Below are positions 52,727-64,000 of a stretch of 64,000 nt of DNA, one piece after another. Every line of letters starts with the position of its first letter. The first letter of the stretch is position 1. The stretch spans positions 8,060,001-8,124,000 of the forward strand of contig NC_043015.1 in NCBI RefSeq assembly GCF_006345805.1, in the 5' to 3' direction. Origin of the DNA: Octopus sinensis. Its lineage: Eukaryota. Below the pieces are notes generated by a model, which saw nothing but the letters and a program-made list of their open reading frames with translations, had not been told where the DNA came from and searched no databases. The translations under genes and the position numbers were made by a program.

Positions 52727-52760
<34 letters not shown>

Positions 52761-53357
52761 ATATATAATATATATATATATTATATATATATATATATGT
52801 ATACAGACAGAGCAGCAAATAACAAGAATATTTCCCATTCCAAAAATGACAAAGCGTATTTATTATGGTCATACTGAAAACAAATGATTGTTGTTGTATA
52901 GAAACAATTTGAAAAAATCTTTCGAATTTTACCGACAAAACAAAACAACCACTTATCATACAAGTTAAATGACTAGCAACTCATAATATTTGTAATTTTA
53001 TCAAGATCAGCTTAAAATTGGCCGAAAACCAGTGATTAATCTGTTATTTGAAAAAAAGGTGTATCTAGAACTATAGAGCCCAATGAACCCTTCTACTTTA
53101 GGAAGGTACGTGTCATGTTACTAACATTGCCTGGTATTTCTGGCATATTAAAAGGCTGTGTGGAGGCTTTTTAAGTGACGCTTTGTAGATTTATTAGCAA
53201 TTGTATGTATACTTAATGGAATTCTATGAATATCTTGAAATCCGATATTTCTGGAAATCTTCAGTTGCTTGATAATCTATCAATGGCCTATTGCTGACAC
53301 TTCATTTATCTACACAAGATGAATTGACTCGGCGATTAGCTTCACACTAAAATAATG

Positions 53358-53603
53358 CGCCCTTTTAAAGCTTAGCCAGGCTCATGGGCCCGGTTTCCAG
53401 GTTTCTATGGCGTATGTGTTCCCCAGTTGGACAGGACGCTATTCCATTGCTGCGTTACTCATTTTTGCCAGCTGAGTGGACTGGGTCAACGTGAAATGAA
53501 GTGTTTTGCTCAAGAACACAACGCGTCGCCCGATCCAGGAATCGAAACCACAATCTTACGATCATGATGCTGACACCCTAACCACTAACCCACGCGCATC
53601 CAC
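53358..53603 (-). mobile_element. CORE-type SINE with a B-like head, C-like core and a different tail
   Basis: gtggatgcgcgtgggttagtggttaggg..; ttgtgttcttgagcaaaacacttcatttcacgttg..cactcagctg; then gggaacacatacgccatagaaacctggaaaccgggcccatgagcctggctaagc. Confidence 0.8.
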
Positions 53604-56600
53604 TTTCACACTAAGTATCACTCATTTATTTAATTTTTTAATACTTTTTGTCCCTATAAGTTCTCATCTTACTACAAGTCAAATGACTTCCTACAAGTAA
53701 ATGAAAACTACCTACCTGATATCCGAGTAAAGAAAATTTTGGGGCAGGGGAAAAATACGGTTCTTTAATTACCCATTGTGTTACTCAAAAGTACCGAATA
53801 TTTAATCAATTATGTTTGAAAATATACCTGGTCTTCAACCAAAATGGATACAGGCAAAATTTGCCTCTTAAAAGCAAAACAATATATTCTCGGTCCTTCA
53901 ACAATATGTACATGCGCAATACATTTCGTTTTTTACTTACCTATATCTGTTCCTCAGTTTTTTCTGAAAGATTGATATGTAATTGTTTTTTTTTTTCGCA
54001 TTATAAAACTGCATTATTTCGCAACACAGAACTACTTCTCATTTTACTGATTTAAAGATGTTTACATTCAAGTGACGTCGGAGATAAAGAAATTGCCATC
54101 GCTCCAAGCTCATATGTAAAGGGACGCAAGATCTTATGTAATTTATTATGCATTTTAAAGTGGTATCAAAAGTGTATTTTTCTCTGAGCAAATAGTGAGT
54201 TTGTCACACTTCTCATTTAACCTACCGTTCTAAAGTTAAAATATGCCATTATCTTCCTGTACTCCAAAACTTAAACGAATGAAACAAAAATATATGACAA
54301 AACAAATTATCGAAAGTGAGGTAGATGTTTCAGAACCACTGTGGAAGCTTGGAGAAAAATGAAGGCAGATATCACATACGGATAAAATAGTTAAGCAATA
54401 AACAATATTGAAAACGGGAACGGGAAGTGCCATGTGCTTTTGCGGTGGTTAAATCTAACGAATGTACGAAAATTTCGATATGAACACCTGCGTTCAAAGA
54501 GTGTACTGAGTTTTGAAGTAGTAACCTGGTACAAGGGCAGCAATATTGAAGGGAGATAATTTCATCTGTTACCTCGACCCAGTAGTTGCCTGCTATTTTA
54601 TTTTATGTATTCTGGAGTGATGGAAGGCAAAGTTGATATCGTCACGATTTGAAATGTAAACGTTAAGAAAATGAAATAAATACGGCAAACTTTTGTCCAA
54701 TAAGATCGATTATTTTTGATTTACGTCCTAGACCAGCATATTTATTTACGTACAGCGTGAGATGAGGGTGTCAGATGACGCCTCAAATTTAACGGTACTC
54801 ATTTATTAGCCCTGGACTGGTGAAAGCAGAAGTTGAACTCGGAAAGGATAGAACACAGAACGAAAATAACTGAGGCATATTCTGCAAATTAAATTTTCCC
54901 ACGACCTAACGATTCCCATGATAATTAGAAAAGGGAGGAAAAAACAAAACAAAGACCAGCATGGAATAATTGAAGGTAATATATCCATGGAAGTATACAC
55001 CAATATATAATTTAGGTTGAGAGAAATAAATGTAATATGTTTTGTGTGAGTGTGTCTCTGTGTTCGTGTGTGTGTCCGAGTGTGTGTCGGTGTATTTATG
55101 CGCAGTATAATTCAGAGGACATGAGAAATTGAGAAAATAGGTTAAAACGAAGTCTGAAACAGGCCAATTGCAAGACGTACAAGATGTCTGAGGAAATATT
55201 TTCGAGTTTCAGTGTGCACAAACTAGGATAAATAAGGATATGCTTATACGACTGATGCAGTGAGAGGATGGCGCTTTAATTGGATATACATCAACAGTGA
55301 TGAGAGAAAAATTTCTTTTTGTTTAATTTCGGCCTTTTGTGGAAAAATATAGAATATAAATTAATTGCAGCTAGCACAGAATCCAGTGAGCAGTGAATGG
55401 AAGGAAATTCCTATCAACAAGTTAATTCACGTTAATGTACATTTATGTGCGCGTGTTCGAGTAGAGACGCACAAATACAGAGACAAACATGTATATAAAC
55501 AGATACATTTACACGGTTGTATACGAACATGTGTATAGCGACATGTAGAAACTGAGATGCATAGACAATGCCAAAGAAGGCCATGAAGTCGTAAATCCTT
55601 TAAAATATAGAGAATAAAGAAGGCGTTCATTGTATTGCTGCAATGAGAAAGGTAGAAGCAGGAAATGATAAAGCTAAGAAATATTGAATTTGATATTAAA
55701 AGAAAGGTGGTGAATGTTAGCTGTGTGAACGAAAAAGGATAATGTATTCAGATGAAACCTGTAAATATAAACAGGATCAATGTATGTTACAAAGGTTTGA
55801 ATCAGTAAGTAATACGGTAAGAATGAATGAGGGAAATTGTTGACAAGAAATAGATGAATATGAAAATGGAGAAAAAATACAAACTATAGGCAGAAAAAGA
55901 GAAATCGCTAGTAAAGAACCTGAAAGAGAATAAATGAAAGGAACACATTATGAAATTATGAGAATGTGCGTGAACGAAGGAAGGCAACTTAAGCAAAACA
56001 GTTAAAGAAAAAAGAAAACAACGATAAAAGAAAAGTCGGGATATGAACAGAAGAAAGGGAATAGCGAGATGTACTACACTATAAAATTTAGACTACGTGT
56101 TGTACAATAAAGATTATGACGTTAGAAAGAAAATGATTAATAAAATGAACGACATAAATAGTTGAAACTCGAAGAAAACAAGAAACAAAAGAAATATTCT
56201 TAAAATATACTCCTGAGACTGACAGAGCTACTAAATGAAATTTGAAAGATAGAATCTGTATGTAATGTTACTATATATTTTTTATATATGGATTAGCAAT
56301 GTGAAATTATGATGTTTTATCTGCATTATGTCACTAAAACTAAAATTTTATTTCTTTGGCAAGCAGTTTCTAATTTTGAATTATACTATCAACTTTGGAG
56401 AATCCGTCAACGTTGAGATTCTGTCGCACGCTTTTCAGAGGTGAAGTTAGCCTTCATTGTCAATTATGTTTGTATTTGTTTTTCAAATAAGTATCACCGA
56501 CAACCAGGGGTATTTCCTTGTGCATATTCAAAAAACAAACAAAAACAAAAAAAAAGCACTATTATAACTTCCTGTCTTGCTTTCAGAATTGTGTCGTGAG

Positions 56601-57140
56601 TTAGAAACAGCTTTGGAAAACACAAATGGGCTTCGTTTAATCTTGCATTTTTCTCAACAAAATATTATCTTAAACAACACATTTTTATCTTTATCCGAAT
56701 TATGAACTCATGAATAATTTTATTTCATAATTTAAGCTATAGTTTTTGAAATTAAAATATTTATTCAGATCTGAAATCAGTGTCCATTATTTTTATATAT
56801 ATTAATTATGGAATTTTAAATTTGTGGCAATTTTTGGGTAGAAATAAGTAAATAAAACATTTGATAGAAAATGGAAGAAATACCTTTTAGAAATAATTGA
56901 GAAGGTAAAAGCTAGGCTATAGTACAACCTTGAATTGAACAGTGACAAATTAAAATTTTGTAAGAAACTAAACATTTGATACCCCACCCACCAAAACACA
57001 AAAATAACTGAAGACTGATCTTAAGACAATTAAAAAAGGACGTATGAATGATATGATATGAGTAACTATAGTTACTCAGTTAAAAGGAGGTCTCCCAGGC
57101 GAATGGAGAAGTATTAAAAAGATTTTGGAAGTAATATTAG

Positions 57141-57335
57141 TTTCACATTTCGTCACAAGACCAGCAATTTCTGGAAGTAGGAAAGTCGATTACATCGACG
57201 CCAGTGCTCAACTGATAACTATTTTGTAGACCCCGAACTAAAGAAAGGCAAAGTCGACCTCGGCGGAATTTGAACTCAGAACGTAATGAAAGACGAAATG
57301 CCGCTAAAGATTTTCTAACGATTATACCACATCAC
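57141..57335 (-). mobile_element. A2-type SINE, diverged
   Basis: aaggcaaagtcgacctcggcggaatttgaactcagaacg core; gtcgattacatcgac hairpin. Confidence 0.75.
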
Positions 57336-57688
57336 GGCTGCTAAGCTAAAAAATAAACATAGAAGATGAAAGGCGTAGAAAGATCTGTGGAGATGTGCTT
57401 TGCGTAATATTTAACAAACTGTCTTCATGATTAATTCCTTGACATCGTAAATCTCTGTGTCCTTGAATAATGCTCTAAGATTCAAGATAGCCCTCTTTTC
57501 TCAGTAGAAATATGTGTCTCTGTAGTGACCCGTAGAACACTCCCACCCACCTGCCGCATTCGAAGATGTTCCTATCTGACTAGTTTCAAACGTCTATGAG
57601 CATCACCACAGCCACTACCTATATAAGGCGCCTGAAAACAGTAGGTGCATAACGGCGCACGCTACAAAGACTTCCTTGATTGCAGGGG

Positions 57689-57733
<45 letters not shown>

Positions 57734-58884
57734 TATTGGATAGATACATGGATACATAAACACAAGTACACACGTATATATAAACATGTATATATATATA
57801 TACACAGGTATATGCATACGTATACACACACGTACAAGCATACACACACACGTATATGCATACCTATGTATACACATATACACAAGTGCATACGCATATA
57901 TACACATATACACTCGTATATGTATGCACATTTACGTATGTTCATACACATATATTCATGTATATGAATACACATATATACACTTACTCACATGCATGCA
58001 TATACACATGCAGTCATACATACACATATACATATTCATATACAGACAAGCATATATATTCACATAATACAGACATACATGCGCACGTGTGTGTGTATTT
58101 ATATTGATGCACAAATACTCTGTGTCTATGTGTGTGTGTGCATGCGTGTGTATACATATTGAGAGAAGTGTCATACAATATTTTTACGCAGCAATTGAAC
58201 TTTCATGCTCAATCTCAAATATAAACAAATGCGCAACAGGATATATTTTTCTGTGTGTGAGTGTAGACAATTTATGTAGATAGATAGATGGATATAGATA
58301 GAGATATATCGGTATAGATGAAGATATAGATAGAGAGATATCGATATTGATATAGATATAGAGATATACATAGATAGATGGAGGTAGATACATAGATATA
58401 GAAAGATAGAGAGATAGAGAGATAAAGAGATACATAAATAGCTAGAGATGTAGAGAGAAAGATAGATACAGATTGACAGATATGTGTGTGTGTGTACCTA
58501 CTTCTGTTTTTGTTCATCTACGTATGCATCAGAAGTGAATATGTATTTATGTATAAATACTCTTCTGTGTATTGATCTATATATTTCTATATGTGTTCGT
58601 GTGTTTGAGTATGTGCAATTGTCATCTTCACAAAGCACACACGTATTTATGTATGAAAGAGCGAGAATGATGGAAAACAAACTTCTCATTAATATTAGGA
58701 ATTAATAAGAGAGAAGGCAATATAGCAGCAGACTCTATTTCTCAGTAACCTAAATAGTTGCACTCACGCAACCACGGTAGAAATCATAAAACCCAAAAGA
58801 TATTTAGATCTATCTGTATATTCTCCCTATATAAGTGTGTGTGTGTGTGTATATGTGTATTATCTTTATATTATACTTGTTTTA

Positions 58885-59315
58885 ATTATTAAACTGTGGC
58901 CATGCTGGGGCAGCCTCTTGGAGAATTTTTAGTCTAATGATAGACAGAGAAGGCTCCACTACTTATTTTTTAAAGCCTGGTACTTATTCTGTCGGCTTTT
59001 TCCGGAACTGGTAAGCTACAGGGAAGTAAACACGCCAGCACCGGTTGTCAAGCTGCGGTGAACAACAAACAGACACACATACAAACACGCATAGACACAC
59101 ACACACACACATACAAACACGCATACACACATACAAACACGCATACACACACACACACACAACGAGATTTTTTCAGTCTCGTCTACGAAATACATTCACA
59201 TAGCCCTGATCGACTAGAGGCTAGAGTAAAAAATACTCGACCAAGTGCCATGCAGTGGGACTGAACCAAGAACTATTCGGCTTGGAAGAAATCTCTTACC
59301 ACACAACAACTCCCA
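58885..59315 (-). mobile_element. SINE family D, old copy
   Basis: tggccatgctggggcagc.., ccggttgtcaagc and gtgggactgaacc segments in D order. Limits approximate. Confidence 0.7.
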
Positions 59316-59722
59316 TGTAAAAAAAAAACTTTCTCCACATGCAATAAGAAAGGTATGCTAGGTTTATTACTAATTATCAGTGAATGCACTGGAAATTGCA
59401 CCTATTTTAAACATGGATTCATGTCGTGACAGGAATTGTTAAAGTTTAGCATATGAGTTCAACGTTTCGCGTTTTTATAAAATACTTATGACAGTAGAAT
59501 GAAAAGGTGTGATATTAATGTTGGGCACACATTATTACAAAACATCCTACACAAAAAGAAAAAAGCATTTCTAGATTTTCAAAAGAGAAACATACATGAA
59601 AATGAACGAGTCTGAATGTAACAAGGGTATTCACGTACACTGTATACATGCATATATATGTACATACATCCTTATAATATTTTTATACGCATACACGCAC
59701 ATATCAGACAACACGCCCACGC

Positions 59723-59772
<50 letters not shown>

Positions 59773-59894
59773 GGTGTGTGTGTGTGTGTATATACACACA
59801 CATATATACATACACACTCCTGTATGTGCATGCATATGTGTACACGAATATTTAAATGTACGCATTTATACACACATGCGTATGTGAATTCACA

Positions 59895-60045
59895 GAAGTG
59901 GCTGTGTGGTAAGTAACGTGCTTATCAACCACTTATCAGTCCCACTGCGCGGCACCTTGGGCAAGTGTCTTCTACTATAGCCTCGGCCCGACCAAAGCCT
60001 TGGGAGTGGATTTGGTAGACGGAAACTGAAAGAAGCCCGTCGTAA
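59895..60045 (+). mobile_element. SINE family D, 5' part only
   Basis: gtggctgtgtggtaag..caccttgggcaagtgtcttctactatagcctcgg..gaagcccgtcg, then different sequence. Confidence 0.85.
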
Positions 60046-61670
60046 AAAAAAACACAGAAAACGAAATTTTTTCGAACAACGAAAAAATCAAACAAACAGA
60101 AAAAAAACAGGACATGCAACATAAAGAACATTCCCTTCATCAGTTGTCCCCTGTTTTATCTAATCCGTGTTTCGAAGATGAGAACAAGACGCGACTTCGT
60201 TAAAACATTACTTCCCGCAAAGTAAATTAAATAAAATTTAGGATTTTTTGCGGAGGGTGAAAATAGTAACTAAAATCAATGCCTGTCCTTGTGTGTTTCT
60301 CTCTCACCGACGCATACCCACTCACCTACGCTCTTTTATAGTCGCTAATCCCGAACACATACACAGATCTAAGAAATAAACAATAATTATAAATATCCAT
60401 CAACGAAAGTAATTACCTGCACATCTAATATTAATATTGCCGGAAATTATATAGGTAATATTTCTATACTAAGCCCAAAATCAGTTATTATGTTCTATAA
60501 AGCTATGTTCTGAAATAAATATTGTATATAACAAAATAAAGCAAATATATATTTTAAAATATGTATTCAATATGAACTTAGATCGGTTTTTGAAATGAAT
60601 CCCAGCAAAGGTTTCGAAACCAAACATGAAATCCTTTAGAATATTCATCTTTCTTAAATTTCACTTCGATTCCACAAATTTAGATAGTTTTATGTCAAGA
60701 AACAGGTTACATAAACGTTTCTTAAATACCAATGCTATACATTTTCAACATACTTATATTTTAAGGAATTAATGATGGCATTTTGAACTAAAACCTGTCG
60801 CATGCACACACATGTTGTATTTCTGTCACACGCAGTACATACATAAAAGAATTATTATAAGGCTATTTTCTACGGTTTACTTTGAAATTAAAATGAATGC
60901 AACTAAAGATAACTCGATGAATAATGAAGTGGACAATCTCATCTCCCTAAGATATTCTCGAATAATATTTATAAACTACAGAAAGAAACTAAATGCATGT
61001 ATGCAAATCGATGGAGCTGAAGACACAAAATTTGCATTCTTCCTTCAGTAACATAGCATTCTAATATAGAAGTATAGAAAATGTAACGGGAACTGTCGTA
61101 TTCCGTCTACATCAGTAATATTTAAAATATTCACTTGGAATATATTGCCAAAGATTAATGTGCATATGTGAAGCACACATATGGGCATATATGTGTGTGG
61201 CTTTATGGTTTAATGTAATTCTGTATCAATACTGTATTTGTATAAGTCGAATAACGGCGCTCCTTTGTAAAAGCACCTGTCCAAGAAAATGAAACGCAAT
61301 TTAAAACAAGTTATGTAAATAGAAAATATATATTAATAAATGATGTATGCAAAAAGTTAGAAAGATTCATCTATTTTTAAATATTTTATGCTAAAAAATA
61401 AAACAAACGGAAAACTGACACTCGCTAATATAAACAAACATGTCGGACAATACAAGGGACGGTAAGTTGCTTTTATCAATCAGGTATTATTAATGATACG
61501 AGGGGCTAAATAGCAACTGTTGTATAATTTATTTTCTCTGTAAACTGAAAACAAAAATAACAATTACAAAATTTGCATACGTCTTAAGCATATTTACTCT
61601 ATTGTTCTATGATTATTTCTGTCGTATATCACATCATAAAATTGGTGAAGATAAAGCGAGTGCACACCAC

Positions 61671-61716
61671 CTAACCCTAAAATTTACCCTAGCCCTAAAA
61701 CTAACCCTAACCCTAG
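61671..61716. repeat. Short degenerate (CCCTAA)n telomere-like tract
   Basis: ctaaccctaaaatttaccctagccctaaaactaaccctaaccctag. Confidence 0.6.
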
Positions 61717-62149
61717 CAATCTTAATTGCATTTCTTTTTCTTGGAGATGTGCGTTCTCAAGGAGCTCCCGGAAAACAGTTAGAACAACAAAGGTAAATAA
61801 CTGGCATGAGAAAAGATATTACTCATACCAAAATTAAATATATAATTGACAACAATGTAAAAGAACATACTGACACCTGCAAGCGAATATATATTAATAA
61901 TGTACTCTGATATTTTCTGGATTATGTACGTGATTAAGTATATGCCGGAGACGTATTCGCGTAATAGGTCCATTGCACGTATATTGGGAGATAATGAGAA
62001 TTTAGTGACTAGTGAAGGAAAAACTGTAGCAGTATTTGTTTGGTACAATATTCCAATTAAGAAGACTGCAAGTAATGAAAAAACATATGTTACTCCAAGA
62101 ACAAAAACCGTCCCACTGTTTACCATTTTTTAGCAATTTTCTATTTTGT

Positions 62150-63320
62150 GCGTTTTAAAGGACTATGCTCTTTGTTTTCTCTACACTGGTTGGGGGCTGG
62201 GGAATTTGGGGCTCCTGCATGATTGTGTTCAGTTTCTTAATGTCAGAGGAAGCAGGGCGAGGTTTGGTGTCTGCAAGGGAAGGGTAGCACAAAGTGGGTT
62301 CGGGTAGGAATTGCATGGGTGTGGGTGGAGTCCTCATTAAAAGTCTTTATTTTTTCCTCCTCTTTCTGATCTTCCTTCCAATAATTTCTCATCCGTCCTT
62401 GGTTAATGTTCCTCCAACGCCCTCTGTACATTTGCTGACCTTCGCCGTTAGCGGAGGTGCGGTTTCTTTTAAGGACACTGGTGCTTGTTGAGGCTTTATG
62501 GGTGGTGGAGAGCATTCTACCCCAATGTTGCCCTTTTGGCCACATTTGTAACAACGAGGGACCTTACCCACCACTTTAACCATGAGCGTTATATCGTCCA
62601 CCGTTATGGTTTCCACCATCTCTTCGAGATCTTCTGGGGCTGCCTGAATCACCATATTCAGGGGTGTGACCCTGCCAATTCTTGTGAGCGGTGCTAGTGA
62701 CGTCGAGGACCGCTATATTATTCTCCCCCATGTCCAGCAATATGGCTACCACCAGCAAGGACACATTTATTTCCGGGGTATCAAGATATATGGGTAGATG
62801 AATTACCTCATCCGTTTTCAAGGAGGTCGCCGCGGGTCACCTGACTGTGGCATCATCCCAGCACCGCACCTCCACCATTCCGAATTTTCTCCCTCTGGCC
62901 AGGCAGGAAATTTCCTACCACATAGGTTTTAGTGCCTTTTCAATTTGTCCGTTCGTGATTAGTTCTATTCTCTGGGCCTTCACAGATTATGTGCTATTGG
63001 ATATCATACTGCTCTCGGCCCCGTCTAATACTTCTTGGGAAGAGGTCACCTTTACGTCGTGTCCCTCCCTACGAAGCATATTCATGTAGTTTTCCAGCTC
63101 CTGAATGCTTACGTTGCTGTGGCTTTTCGCGACCGCCGCAAAATTCCTTTTTTCCTCCTCCTTGTCCATCTCAACAATTGCATGGAGTAATTCATCCTCG
63201 GGCGAGCTGAACCTTTCATGTTCCATATTCTTTTGAAGACACTGTGCTAGCCACTTCACCCAAGAAAGTACACATCAACAAAACTGCAGCGTGGCAGCAA
63301 AAACAAGACTCAGACAACGT
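62150..63320 (-). mobile_element. E3: third, diverged ORF1/gag-like relic of the same family; ends not defined
   Basis: NFAAVAKS..IQELE; LARGRKFGMVEVR; LPIYL..PEINVSLLVVAIL; KVPRCYKCGQKGNIGVEC (62553-62512, His replaced by Asn). The downstream DNA motif actcca..acccatg...cagacaccaaacc is shared with E2. No TSD or tail found. Confidence 0.7.
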
Positions 63321-63580
63321 AGCAATTAACAATAACAGAATTAATTAACCTGCGTGAAGTATTTTGGAAGTTTCACATTGTGGATATTCTAAATTGAGAA
63401 ACCGATAATTGTAGTACAGTCCGTAATTGATGCATACAAGCCCTTCTCGTCAGCAATAATTATTGTTAGCTGTGGAAATGTTTTAACCAAATGCTACATT
63501 GCAGTAAAATGGGTTTAAAATAAGTAGACTGTCGGTGAAAACTAGGTTTTTTCTATTTGTAACATTTTATCAATTGATTC

Positions 63581-63795
63581 AGGTGGCGAATTGGCAGAGT
63601 TGTTAGCTCGCCGGGCGAAATGCTTTGCGTTACTCCGTCCGTCTTTACGTTTTGAGTTCAAATTCTGCCGAAGTCGACTTAGTTTCATCCTTTCGAGTTT
63701 GATAAAATAGTACCAATTCAGCATTTGGGTCGATGTAATTGACTGAACGTCTTCCCCTTGTATGTTGGCATTGTGCCAAACTTTGAAAGCGATAT
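63581..63795 (+). mobile_element. A2-type SINE, diverged
   Basis: aggtggcgaattggcagag head, gagttcaaattc, core, and tail ending gtgccaaactttgaaag. Confidence 0.75.
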
Positions 63796-64000
63796 TTTAA
63801 CTATAGATTTTCAGTATTTGGATCTTTACCATTTGACCGACAGATTTAAATACCTTAAAGCTAAAACAAGTACAACCCTAAAACCTTAAAGATAAAACCA
63901 ATACAAACGCACGAATGATGTCATAGATAACAGTGACAAACGAAAAATACGCCGCTGATAGTTGTTGTTGACAAACAACGGCTGTAATTTTATTCAGCTG

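Noticed and set aside
60046-60260. Sequence interrupting the D copy; looks like another interspersed repeat
   Set aside because: No second copy, termini or TSD in the window to support a call.
61779-62133. Overlapping 115-aa and 77-aa ORFs next to E3, checked as a possible ORF2 start
   Set aside because: No APE endonuclease motifs (N-V-x-G, QET, GDFN) are visible.

Overview
This is AT-rich, microsatellite-saturated animal genomic DNA. The SINE families and (AT/CA/ATT/TAG)n landscape look octopus-like (an inference from remembered repeat families, not a database result). There is one 100-N scaffold gap at 8339-8438. Only one host coding exon is convincing: the first coding exon of a neuroligin-like gene on the minus strand (21225->20715), with a signal peptide, the N-terminal cholinesterase-like fold and a phase-1 GT donor. 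The rest is intron or intergenic sequence full of retroposon and transposon relics: several tRNA-derived SINE families (called A1, A2, B, C, D here), a mariner transposase fragment and a decayed R4/Dong-like LINE spanning about 44.4-51.8 kb. There are also three diverged copies of a gag/ORF1-like element (RRM-like region plus CCHC knuckle). Two of these are bounded by target-site duplications (TSDs), carry no reverse transcriptase (RT), and share a 3' tail with the young A1 SINE. This points to a set of non-autonomous passengers using one unseen LINE partner. A1 also shows a GG(T)A/AG(T)A target bias that lets it land inside its own family. Nearly all other ORFs in the track are microsatellite translations.
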